Part shown: piece after piece, positions 1-8,583 of the stretch
Layout of the letters: each line of letters starts with the position of its first letter
How positions within the stretch are numbered: the first letter of the stretch is position 1
Assembly: GCA_965242965.1 (NCBI GenBank)
Contig: OZ251518.1
Span: 192,001-256,000, forward strand
Origin: Candidatus Poribacteria bacterium
GTDB taxonomy: Bacteria; Poribacteria; WGA-4E; WGA-3G
DNA length: 64,000 nucleotides
Direction: 5' to 3'
Program-made: the position numbers and the translations under genes
The notes under the pieces: model-generated
Told to the model about the DNA's origin: nothing
Databases searched by the model: none
Seen by the model: the letters and a program-made list of their open reading frames with translations, nothing else

Positions 1-428
1 AATGCTTCAAGGAGTTGGATGAGATTGCGCGGCTCGGTGATGTCCAGGTCGAGGACAAGCGCGCCGTTTTGATAGAGTATGGCGCGATGCGGCGTTTGGA
101 AGATGATGTTTTTGGCGGGATAGCCCGTGGCAAATTTCTGTTGGGCTTCGGCGGGGAGATCATCGAGGAGATCTTTCGCCTCCCAGTGGCCGAAGATGAG
201 TCCGAAGTCGGTGACGATTTCGCCATCGATGCGGATGTGGTTGCCGTTGGGGGTTGTGCGCGTCTTCTCGCATATCAGCGTGAGGCCGCGTAATGTTGCG
301 TAGTGTTGCAGCAGGTTTTGGAAGGCGACGCGAACGGCACCTTCATGTTGCGCGCCGAGTTTTGTGAACTGTTTCAGTTCGGCGTAGTAGTTTTTTATGG
401 GTTTATGTGTGGGTTTGATGTTGAGCAT
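1..428 (-). CDS. N-terminus of a type ISP/IIG-like restriction-modification enzyme (runs off the window edge)
   Basis: Not in the ORF track. Manual translation from ATG at 428: MLNIKPTHKPIKNYYAELKQFTKLGAQHEGAVRVAFQNLLQHYA...RIDGEIVTDFGLIFGHWEAKD...GYPAKNIIFQTPHRAILYQNG. PD-(D/E)xK-like D...EAK motif typical of the N-termini of large N6-methylase/helicase R-M proteins; GGAG RBS upstream; open to base 1. Confidence 0.7.
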   Translation of the reverse strand, partial: MLNIKPTHKPIKNYYAELKQFTKLGAQHEGAVRVAFQNLLQHYATLRGLTLICEKTRTTPNGNHIRIDGEIVTDFGLIFGHWEAKDLLDDLPAEAQQKFATGYPAKNIIFQTPHRAILYQNGALVLDLDITEPRNLIQLLEA

Positions 429-461
429 CGTTTTTCTCCGTGTTTTGATTGGGTTATGAGC

Positions 462-490
462 ATTTTAACGTAAGTCAAAATAAATTGCAA
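462..490 (-). promoter_or_regulatory. sigma70-type promoter for the R-M gene
   Basis: Minus strand TTGCAA-17 bp-TAAAAT. Confidence 0.55.
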
Positions 491-513
491 GGGATTAAAA
501 AACGCCGTCCCTT

Positions 514-793
514 ACCGTAGGGCGAGGGCCTGTCCCTCGCCATGCTGCGGTCTACCGGACGATCGCGGGGGACAGGCCCCCGCGCTACGGGCCCGGATGG
601 GGTTCTCCTCGCCATGCCGTTCGGGATCAGGCGATCCCGAACTACGGTCACTGGGGCCTGAAACGATCGCGAGGGAAACCCGCTCGGATGCGCGTATGGC
701 ATCCGAGGGCCCACGCGCTACGGGACTCTGTAGTTTGCGATCGCCTGATCGCAAATGGCCGCGCGACGGTGAGCAAGTTATGAAACACCCTCA
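514..793. repeat. Composite REP-like repeat block ending in TIR-like TATGAAACACCCTCA (779-793)
   Basis: GTAGGGCGAGGGCCTGTCCCTCGCC, inverted GCGGGGGACAGGCCCCCGCGCTAC and GTAGTTTGCGATCGCCTGATCGCAAAT modules. Confidence 0.9.
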
Positions 794-799
794 ATAAAT

Positions 800-828
800 T
801 TGATACGGTTTTCAAAATATGGTATCAT
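800..828 (+). promoter_or_regulatory. sigma70-type promoter of argB
   Basis: TTGATA-17 bp-TATCAT with extended -10 TG. Confidence 0.55.
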
Positions 829-886
829 AAATATAAATACAATTTCATTCTGGACAACACTGGTTTGGAGGAGTTAACAGAAATAG

Positions 887-1765
887 ATGGATAGAACTGC
901 TGATGTGCTGATAGAAGCACTTCCTTATATCCGCCGGTTTTATGATAGGCAAATCGTGATTAAATACGGTGGTGCGGCGATGGAGGAAGACGCGCTCATC
1001 CACTCTGTCATGGAGGACATCGTGCTGATGAAATATGTCGGCATGCGCCCGATTGTCGTGCATGGCGGCGGGCCGCGGATTAGCGCGTGGATGGACAAAG
1101 TCGGGAAAGAGGCGCAATTTGTGCAGGGATTGCGCGTCACCGATGCCGAAACCGTTGAAATCGCCGAAATGGTGCTTGCTGGCTCGATTAACAAAGGCAT
1201 CGTCTCGCGGATTAACCAACACGGCGGGAAAGCTATCGGGCTCTCCGGAAAAGACGCAAACCTCGTCGTCGCCGAAAAACAGGAGATGCACTTCACCGAC
1301 GAAGAAGGACACCAGACTTCGCTTGACTTGGGTTTCGTCGGGAAGATTATCGGCATCAACACGGAGCCGATTATTACGCTGGACAAAGCGGGATATATTC
1401 CTGTCATCGCGCCAAACGGCGTTGGCGTTGATGGGCAAACCTATAACATTAACGCTGATATCATGGCCGGCGAAATCGCTTCCGCGCTTCAGGCAGAGAA
1501 ACTCATCATGCTGACAGACACGCGCGGCATCCTTCGCGATGTCGGCGATGAAAACTCGCTGATGCCCACCATCCATCTCAAGGAGCTTGACTCCTTAATT
1601 GAGGCGGGGCTCATCGTCGGGGGGATGCTTCCCAAAGTCGAAGCCTGCGCGACGGCACTCGTCGGCGGCGTGCATAAGACGCACATTATTGATGGCAGGA
1701 TTCCGCATTCTCTGTTGCTTGAAGTCTTCACCGAAGGCGGTGTCGGCACCGAAATTATTAGGTAA
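887..1765 (+). CDS. argB: acetylglutamate kinase
   Basis: VIKYGGAAM, VVHGGGP, GLRVTD, NINAD, GGMLPKV and HIIDGR motifs; GGAGGAG RBS. Confidence 0.97.
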   Translation: MDRTADVLIEALPYIRRFYDRQIVIKYGGAAMEEDALIHSVMEDIVLMKYVGMRPIVVHGGGPRISAWMDKVGKEAQFVQGLRVTDAETVEIAEMVLAGSINKGIVSRINQHGGKAIGLSGKDANLVVAEKQEMHFTDEEGHQTSLDLGFVGKIIGINTEPIITLDKAGYIPVIAPNGVGVDGQTYNINADIMAGEIASALQAEKLIMLTDTRGILRDVGDENSLMPTIHLKELDSLIEAGLIVGGMLPKVEACATALVGGVHKTHIIDGRIPHSLLLEVFTEGGVGTEIIR

Positions 1766-1767
1766 AA

Positions 1768-2335
1768 TGAGGGTGTTTCATATTTCGATGTGTTCGGTAG
1801 GGGAGCCCTTGGGGCGCGATTTCCGGTAGGAGAGACCTCCTGGTCTCGATGTGTCCCCGTAGGAGAGCCCTCCTGGTCTCGATGCGTTTTGTTGCTGCGC
1901 GTATCGGGACAAGGATGTCCCTCCTACCGGCAGGCATCGGGCCCCTCTGTAGTTTGTGATCGCCTGATCACAAACAGGTCAGGATCAGGCGATCCTGACC
2001 TACAGAGGTGACGCGGTCTGACAGCAAAACGATGGCAAGGACCTGTCCCTCGCCCTACGATGAAGGGGGCGTTTTTTATCGTAGCGCGGGGGCCTGTCCC
2101 CCGCGATGTCGATCGTCACGATGTGTGTTTCCCCCTCTGTAGTTTGTGATCGCCTGATCACAAACAGGTCAGGATCAGGCGATCCTGACCTACAGAGGTG
2201 ACGCGGTCTGACAGCAAAACGATGGCGAGGGGAACCCGCTCGGATGCGCGTGTGGCATCCGAGGGCCCAAGCCCTACGGTGAAGGGGAGATTTTTGCCGC
2301 CCTATTGCATCGAGACCGGGAGGTCTCTCCTACCC
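1768..2335. repeat. Composite REP-like block starting with TIR TGAGGGTGTTTCATA (1768-1782)
   Basis: GTAGGAGAGACCTCCTGGTCTCGAT x2; ~90-bp unit (GTAGTTTGTGATCGCCTGATCACAAAC...GACCTAC...) duplicated at ~1945 and ~2135; GTAGCGCGGGGGCCTGTCCCCCGCG. Confidence 0.9.
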
Positions 2336-2351
2336 GAAGAAGGGGAATAAC

Positions 2352-3518
2352 ATGACAACTTCCAAGAAAATCGCCGCAATCATCACCACCTATTTTCCGC
2401 ACTCGCACGCCGATGTAATTGCCACGAAATACATGAAAGGCTTTCCGACAGATGCGGGCCACCAAATGCCGCGCGTGGCATTGGCTTCTGTCTATCTTGA
2501 TCAGGTGGATTCGCGAGATATCGGTGTCGGTTTGGCGGCGGAACATAACGTCCCTATCTATCCAAGCATCCGACAAGCGTTGACGCTCGGTGGAGACGAA
2601 CTCGCGGTAGACGGCGTGCTACTCATCGGTGAACACGGCGATTACCCACACAACGAACTCGGACAACATCTCTATCCGCGCCGCTATATGTTTGAGCAGA
2701 TTTGCGGCGTATTCGCGTCAAGTGGGCGCGCGGTGCCTGTTTTCTGTGACAAGCACCTTTCCTACAATTGGGACGATGCCAACTGGATGTATCAACGCGC
2801 CAATGCGCTGAACGTCCCGTTCATGGCAGGTTCTTCGTTGCCGCTCTGTTGGAGGAAACCGTTCCTTGAACACGCGCTGGATACGCCTTTGGAAACTGCC
2901 ATCGGCATCGGCTACGGCGGGATAGAATCCTACGGCTTTCACGCGCTTGAGACGGTGCAATGCATGAGCGAACGCAGGCGCGGTGGGGAATCCGGGGTTG
3001 TCGCCGTGCAATGCCTAGAAGGAGCAACTGTCTGGGAGACAGAACATCCCGCACTCGCGCTCGCTGAAACGGCGTGCGCGCAGATTGAAACCAGACTGGG
3101 GAGTCCGATGCAAGAAGGTTGTCCTAACCCCACGGTATTTCTGCTGTGGCATCGCGACGGCTTCCAGTCAGCCGTGCTGATGCTCAACGGCTATATCACC
3201 GATTTTGCTTATGCCGGACAAATGGCGGCAAAAACGAAATCCACCGAGTTTTACTTGCAAAAGGGGCCGCCGCACGCGCATTTCAGCTATCTGAGTCTCA
3301 ACATTGAGGAGATGTTCCTGACAGGCGAACCACAATATCCGGTGGAACGCACGCTGCTCACGACAGGCGTTTTGGATGCAGTGATGCACTCACGGCATGA
3401 AGGATATATCCGCTTGGAAACGCCGCACCTTGCAAACCTTGCGTATCGTTCCTACCAAAAACCGCTTATCCGTCCGACTGCAGCGCGCCCCGAAGGGGCG
3501 ACGTTGAGCACCGAATAG
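2352..3518 (+). CDS. conserved hypothetical protein, Gfo/Idh/MocA-like oxidoreductase fold (Planctomycetes-type family)
   Basis: 388 aa with SHADVI, VDGVLLIGEHGDYP, FCDKHLSY, FMAGSSLP, YGFHALE and YPVERTLLTTG motifs. Confidence 0.65.
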   Translation: MTTSKKIAAIITTYFPHSHADVIATKYMKGFPTDAGHQMPRVALASVYLDQVDSRDIGVGLAAEHNVPIYPSIRQALTLGGDELAVDGVLLIGEHGDYPHNELGQHLYPRRYMFEQICGVFASSGRAVPVFCDKHLSYNWDDANWMYQRANALNVPFMAGSSLPLCWRKPFLEHALDTPLETAIGIGYGGIESYGFHALETVQCMSERRRGGESGVVAVQCLEGATVWETEHPALALAETACAQIETRLGSPMQEGCPNPTVFLLWHRDGFQSAVLMLNGYITDFAYAGQMAAKTKSTEFYLQKGPPHAHFSYLSLNIEEMFLTGEPQYPVERTLLTTGVLDAVMHSRHEGYIRLETPHLANLAYRSYQKPLIRPTAARPEGATLSTE

Positions 3519-3531
3519 ACGCAGTCCGTAG

Positions 3532-4029
3532 TTACGCTTTTTCAGCAAACGCCCGCGCGAGTTTTGCCTGCGTCGCGTTCGGTTCTTCGATGATAATCCT
3601 TGCGCCGCCGATAACGTCAACGAATCCCAATTCGCGCGGGTAACGCGGGACGACATGCACGTGCAAATGCGGAATGCTGGCACCCGATGCCTCGCCCATG
3701 TTATAGCCGATGTTATAGCCGCGCGGTTGATATACCTGTTCCAGCACCTCAACGCTGAGGCATTGCAGTTCGTGGAGTGCAGTCACCTCCGCGGCATTCA
3801 ATTCGCGCACATCCAACACATGCCGATTTGGGAAGATTAAGAGGTGGCCGGGACTATAGGGATAGAGGTTGAGCGAGAGCGTCCAGAGCTCGGCTCGATG
3901 CACCTCAAGCCGCTCAACCCTTTCATCCTTTTCCACAATTGCACAGAGGATGCAGGGCACATCCGGCCGGTTTTCGCCCCTCGCGTAGCCCATTTTGTTC
4001 GGAACAAACAAGTTTTGTCGCATACCCAA
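3532..4029 (-). CDS. HIT-family hydrolase (Ap4A hydrolase/phosphorylase-like)
   Basis: CILC, LNLYPYSPGHLL, GYNIGYNMG and histidine triad HLHVHVVPR. Confidence 0.9.
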   Translation of the reverse strand: MGMRQNLFVPNKMGYARGENRPDVPCILCAIVEKDERVERLEVHRAELWTLSLNLYPYSPGHLLIFPNRHVLDVRELNAAEVTALHELQCLSVEVLEQVYQPRGYNIGYNMGEASGASIPHLHVHVVPRYPRELGFVDVIGGARIIIEEPNATQAKLARAFAEKA

Positions 4030-4106
4030 GTCTTCTCCTCAAAAAAGAGTCTGATTTTCGCTATGGCTATGATATACTATTTCCTATTGATTTGCAAGGA
4101 GGAGGG

Positions 4107-5996
4107 ATGCAGGACCGGAAACCAGAACCCGCAACAGACTTCGCCACTTGGAGACTACCCGAAGGTGCAATCGCCCGGTTAGGGCGCGGCGATGTGGGCA
4201 GCGCGGCATTCTCACCAGACGAAAAGTATCTCGCCGTTTCAACTCGCTGGACGGGAATGATGTGGCTGTATGAACTCCCAACGCTATCCCCCGTGGCATT
4301 TTGGGAAGAAAGTGGCGGCATCACCTTTTCACCCGATAGCCAACGGCTCCTCGTGAGCAAAGGAAATGGATTGAGAATATGGGACGTGCAGCAACACGCT
4401 TGCATTACTGCTCTAGAAAACGTGCATGGCGGCACGCCTGTCTTCTCTCCAGATGGACAGCGGATAGTCACATTTGATGATACAAAAATCTATGTCTGGT
4501 GCGCGCAGACTGGCAGGCAGATTCGCGAAACGGAATTGTGCGAAAAGGGCTTAACCCGTCCCGGTAACGTTTTCTCTGCGGACATCAAGTTCTTGGCGCG
4601 TCAGAATTACGATATTGAACGTGGTAGGGATAAATCCTTTTCAGTCTTCGATGTCGAAACTGGGGAACAACTTGTCTGCATCACGGATGTGCCTAAGTGG
4701 GCGCAGCTCTTCAGTTTTTCGCCGTGTGGAAAATTCCTCGCGGTAGGTGGGCTGAGTGGCAGCCTTGATGTTTGGGAGTGGCAAAGCGAACGGCTACACT
4801 TGGCCACCGAATACGGAGACGGGCCTGTCCTTCCTTACTATCCCCCAACAGGTGAACTACTCGTTGCGGCCCGCAGTCAGCGGACAACGGCCGTATGGAA
4901 TGTAACCGAGAAACTTGACACTTTTGAATGCCACGGCAATAAAGGCACCCCGGTCTGTTTCTCTCAAAGCGGCGCATTCTTGTTGGCATCTGAAAGTTCC
5001 GGTGAGCTCTACGTGTGGGCGAAAGGCGATGCGAATGCACACACGCTTTCAACCCTTGATGGATATCTTAGGACAGTTGATTCGTTAGCCTTCTCCGCAG
5101 ACAGCAAGACATTAGCCGCCGCGATTTGGGGTGGGAATATCCTCTTATGGGATGTTGCCAGTCGACATTCGCAACGGCCAGAGGTGGCAATCGGCGGCAC
5201 AGAACAGGTTGTGCATCCCACTGCCAGCGGGAAAATCCTTGCGACTTCCAGAGACAGCGAAAACGTCAAAATATGGGAACTCGGTAATAGTGAACCAATT
5301 GCCGAGTTTGTTGAACCCGATACAGGCATTCGCAAGTCGCGCATTCGCAAGTTGCGTTACGAAGCCTTATCGCCTACTGGACAACAATTTGCCTTGTGCG
5401 ATTGCCAAGGCGACTTCCATGTGTGGGATTGGGCATCGCACAAAATGCCTCAGCACACTCTATTTACAGGGCATGGGCAGGACGATGTATCGTATGCATT
5501 AGCCTTTAGTCCAGATGGAAAACGCCTCGCCGGAATAGCATGCGAATGGACAGGCCGTTTGTGGGATATCAACGCGCGGACAGAGATTGCAGAATTGTCC
5601 TTTACATTACCGTCAAAACCGGGAGTAGTGGGCATAGCGTTTTCGCCGCGAGGTGACATTATTGCCGGTGCGCAGCGGGGTGAAATCGTCTTATGGGACG
5701 CGACGAACGGAAAAACGCTGATGAGTCTGCCGCAACCGGAAGAGAATCAGAACCCGGTGGTGTTGTGCTTCTCTCCCTGTGGCCGCTATTTTGCTTCCGG
5801 TTCGTGGTATCAGCGCGGTTTGAAACAGATGCCTATCCGGTTGTGGGAGGTTGCAACCGGTGAGAATATCGTCACCTTCCACGGTCATACCAGCGATGTC
5901 CAGTGCATCGCCTTTTCGCCGGATGGCACGCTCATGGCAACCGGCGGACATGATGGTGTCATTTTGCTTTGGGATGTGAGGAATTATCTGCAATAG
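4107..5996 (+). CDS. WD40-repeat beta-propeller protein (no signal peptide)
   Basis: Start taken at ATG 4107 after AGGAGG; LPEGAIARLG N-motif and many AFSPDG...LWD repeats. Confidence 0.9.
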   Translation: MQDRKPEPATDFATWRLPEGAIARLGRGDVGSAAFSPDEKYLAVSTRWTGMMWLYELPTLSPVAFWEESGGITFSPDSQRLLVSKGNGLRIWDVQQHACITALENVHGGTPVFSPDGQRIVTFDDTKIYVWCAQTGRQIRETELCEKGLTRPGNVFSADIKFLARQNYDIERGRDKSFSVFDVETGEQLVCITDVPKWAQLFSFSPCGKFLAVGGLSGSLDVWEWQSERLHLATEYGDGPVLPYYPPTGELLVAARSQRTTAVWNVTEKLDTFECHGNKGTPVCFSQSGAFLLASESSGELYVWAKGDANAHTLSTLDGYLRTVDSLAFSADSKTLAAAIWGGNILLWDVASRHSQRPEVAIGGTEQVVHPTASGKILATSRDSENVKIWELGNSEPIAEFVEPDTGIRKSRIRKLRYEALSPTGQQFALCDCQGDFHVWDWASHKMPQHTLFTGHGQDDVSYALAFSPDGKRLAGIACEWTGRLWDINARTEIAELSFTLPSKPGVVGIAFSPRGDIIAGAQRGEIVLWDATNGKTLMSLPQPEENQNPVVLCFSPCGRYFASGSWYQRGLKQMPIRLWEVATGENIVTFHGHTSDVQCIAFSPDGTLMATGGHDGVILLWDVRNYLQ

Positions 5997-6008
5997 GAGG
6001 CACGCCAC

Positions 6009-7940
6009 ATGAACAGCAATCTGACTACGTGGGCATTACCCGAAGGCGCAATCGCCCGATTAGGACTCGGGTCTGTCGGAGATACAGCGTTCTCTCCAGA
6101 TGGACAATATCTGGCCATTGCCACCGACATAGGACTTTGGCTTTACGAATTGCAGACGCTTTCCCCTGTCGCCTTGTGGGATACAGAACGCGGGCAGACT
6201 GAAAGTGTCATTTTCTCACCTGATAGCCGGTTGATTGCCACACAAACCTTTGCAGAAGACGTGAAGGTTTGGGACACCAACAGCGGTGTTTGCATTGCCG
6301 TGATGGAAAATCAGGAGAGTCGACTACTGAGCAATTTGCGGTTTTCACCTGATGGACAGCGCGTCCTTGCAGCCACGAACGAAAACGTATGGAAAGGGAG
6401 GCAGCTCTGTCCCGGGAAGGTGTATGTCTGGTGCGCGCAGACCGGCAAACAAATCAACGAATCTGAAATACTCTATGCCCAAGAAGTCGGCTGGCGGACA
6501 GCATTTTCGCCAGATTTCACGCTATTGGCATCAACTTATTGCAACAGAGAACGTGATATACAGACTTCTATTGTGGTATGGAATATAGCGACTGGCGAGC
6601 AGATTGCCTGCATGTCGGAATGCCCCGAACGGGTGCAGAGCCTCTGCTTCTCACCGTGTGGAAAACGCCTCGCCGTTGGGGGTGAGCAAGGCACGCTCCA
6701 CGTATGGGACTGGGAAAACGAGCGGCTTGAGTGGACAGCGGCATACGGACAAGCCCGCGTCTGCCTCTATTACCCACCAAATGGCGAATTGCTTGCCGCG
6801 GTCATCTCTAAGGATACCGTTGAAGTGTGGAATGTCACGGCGAACCAGAAATTGGATACCTTTGCCTGTCGTGGTGAAAGGGCATTCGCCTGTTTCTCTG
6901 AAAACGGCACACAGATGGCAGTCGCGCGTTCTAGCGAAATCAGTGTGTGGCGGAAAGGCGACGCGAATGCACAACCGCTCTCAACCGTTCACGAACATCT
7001 TCCTACCGTTGATTCGCTTGTCTTCTCGGCTGATGGAAAGACATTAGCCGCTGGAATGTTCTGGGATAATGTTCTTTTATGGGATGTCGCGAGTCGCCAA
7101 GCACACCGTCCAAACTCGGAAGAACTTCCCGGACGTAAGCAAATGGTTCATTCAACCACTAGCGGAAAAATTCTCACCACCTACAAGGATGGAGACATGC
7201 TCAAGACCCGGGAAGTCGGTGACAGCGAACCCCTCGCCGAATTTGATGCATCCCAGATAACTTTCCTGCCGCGTCACACCGCATTATCCCCCACGGGACA
7301 GCGGGTGGCGCGTCTTGACGAGGAAGGCATTTTCCATTTGTGGGAAAGGACAGCAGAAGGAACAGAAAAGCACATCTTGCTCAGAGGTAACCCAAGAAAT
7401 CCTGACAAGTGGGCATGGAGTCCACACGGGTTAGCCTTTAGTCCGGATGGCAAGCGACTCGTGACTATCGGACGAGACCGGGTTGTTCAACTGTGGGATG
7501 TCAATACCGCCGAAGAAATCGCCGAACTCCCCCTTAACCCCCCGGCGCGCACCGATCGCCAGCAGGATATGGGGTTAGCCTTTTCGCCACGCGGAGATGT
7601 CATTGCCGGTGCGCAGGGGGGTGAAATTGTGTTGTGGGACGCGACAGACGGTAAACTACTCAAGACTTTCCCGCAACCCAAAGGAAATCAGAGGCCGATT
7701 ACCCTCGCTTTTTCTCCTTGCGGCAAATACTTAGTTTCCGGTTCGTGGTACCAGCGCGGTTTGAAACAGATGCCTATCCGGTTGTGGGAGGTTGCAACCG
7801 GTGAGAATATCGCCACCTTCCACGGCCACACCAGCGATGTCCAATGCATCGCCTTTTCGCCGGATGGTACGCTCATGGCCACCGGCGGACATGATGGTAT
7901 CATTCTACTCTGGGATGTGAGAAATTATATGGGGACATAA
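6009..7940 (+). CDS. WD40-repeat protein, tandem paralog
   Basis: AGGAGG RBS; LPEGAIARLG; FSPDG/LWD repeats; 3' end nearly identical to the upstream paralog. Confidence 0.92.
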   Translation: MNSNLTTWALPEGAIARLGLGSVGDTAFSPDGQYLAIATDIGLWLYELQTLSPVALWDTERGQTESVIFSPDSRLIATQTFAEDVKVWDTNSGVCIAVMENQESRLLSNLRFSPDGQRVLAATNENVWKGRQLCPGKVYVWCAQTGKQINESEILYAQEVGWRTAFSPDFTLLASTYCNRERDIQTSIVVWNIATGEQIACMSECPERVQSLCFSPCGKRLAVGGEQGTLHVWDWENERLEWTAAYGQARVCLYYPPNGELLAAVISKDTVEVWNVTANQKLDTFACRGERAFACFSENGTQMAVARSSEISVWRKGDANAQPLSTVHEHLPTVDSLVFSADGKTLAAGMFWDNVLLWDVASRQAHRPNSEELPGRKQMVHSTTSGKILTTYKDGDMLKTREVGDSEPLAEFDASQITFLPRHTALSPTGQRVARLDEEGIFHLWERTAEGTEKHILLRGNPRNPDKWAWSPHGLAFSPDGKRLVTIGRDRVVQLWDVNTAEEIAELPLNPPARTDRQQDMGLAFSPRGDVIAGAQGGEIVLWDATDGKLLKTFPQPKGNQRPITLAFSPCGKYLVSGSWYQRGLKQMPIRLWEVATGENIATFHGHTSDVQCIAFSPDGTLMATGGHDGIILLWDVRNYMGT

Positions 7941-8557
7941 ATCGCTCAATGTCGCGGGGACATGTCCTGCGCTACGGTGAAAAAAACGCCTCCCTTTACG
8001 TAAGGCGAGGGCCTGTCCCTCGCCATGCAACTGATGAGAGATTGCTGCTGGCTTTAGGTCTGGAAGACCTTAATGTCTATAGCACCTCGCCCTGCGAAGA
8101 CTCTTAAGGTCTGTAGGACCTTAATATGCCTCTGCACCGCGTGGCTCGCATGTTATTAAGGTCCTAACGGACCTTGAAAAGGGGCCGACACGTGTTGCTA
8201 TAGACATGCAGGACCTAAAGGACCTGAAGAGCCGCGTTTTTCAAAAGCGATTTCGCCGACACGCGGGAGAAAATCCTGCAAATCCTAGCATCTTGTAAAT
8301 CCTGATTCAGACGATTGGCATGGCGAGGGACAGGCCCTCGCCCTACGTAAAGGGAGCCGTTCCGGATACCGTAGCGCGGGGGCCTGTCCCCCGCGATCGT
8401 TGCATGGCGAGAGACAGGCCCTCGCCCTACGATGAAGGGGGGGGATTTTTGCCGCCCTATTGCATCGAGACGCGGGAGGTCTCGCCTACCGAGGAAACGG
8501 AAACGTTCGGGGTATCACGAAACCATTTTGACAACAACGAGTTATGAAATACCCTCA
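7930..8557. mobile_element. TIR-bounded non-autonomous composite repeat element (degenerate left TIR; right TIR 8543-8557)
   Basis: Left end TGGGGACATAAATCGCTC resembles the TGAGGGTGTTTCATAAATCGCTC ends seen elsewhere; right end TATGAAATACCCTCA. Interior has GTAG hairpins, four AGGTC..GACCT hairpins and a 9-bp tandem. Confidence 0.6.
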
Positions 8558-8583
8558 CTTATACGCAATAGGAATTACGCTAA

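Noticed and set aside
15-293. 92-aa plus-strand ORF
   Set aside because: Antisense shadow of the minus-strand R-M gene starting at 428.
475-797. Short ORFs with recurring peptides VARGPVPR, MARDRPSPY, RSAGACPPR, GEGQALALR, VGETSWSR, MKHP (throughout the window)
   Set aside because: These are translations of the REP/TIR modules in various frames, not credible genes.
3939-4106. Long N-terminal extensions in track ORFs (3939, 16522, 19274, 21965, 47087, 50382)
   Set aside because: They overlap neighbouring genes or repeats; downstream starts fit RBS position and family N-termini better.
5797-7928. DGR template/variable repeat pair between WD40 3' ends
   Set aside because: Differences are mostly C/T and synonymous rather than adenine-specific, both copies are coding, and no reverse transcriptase is in the window.
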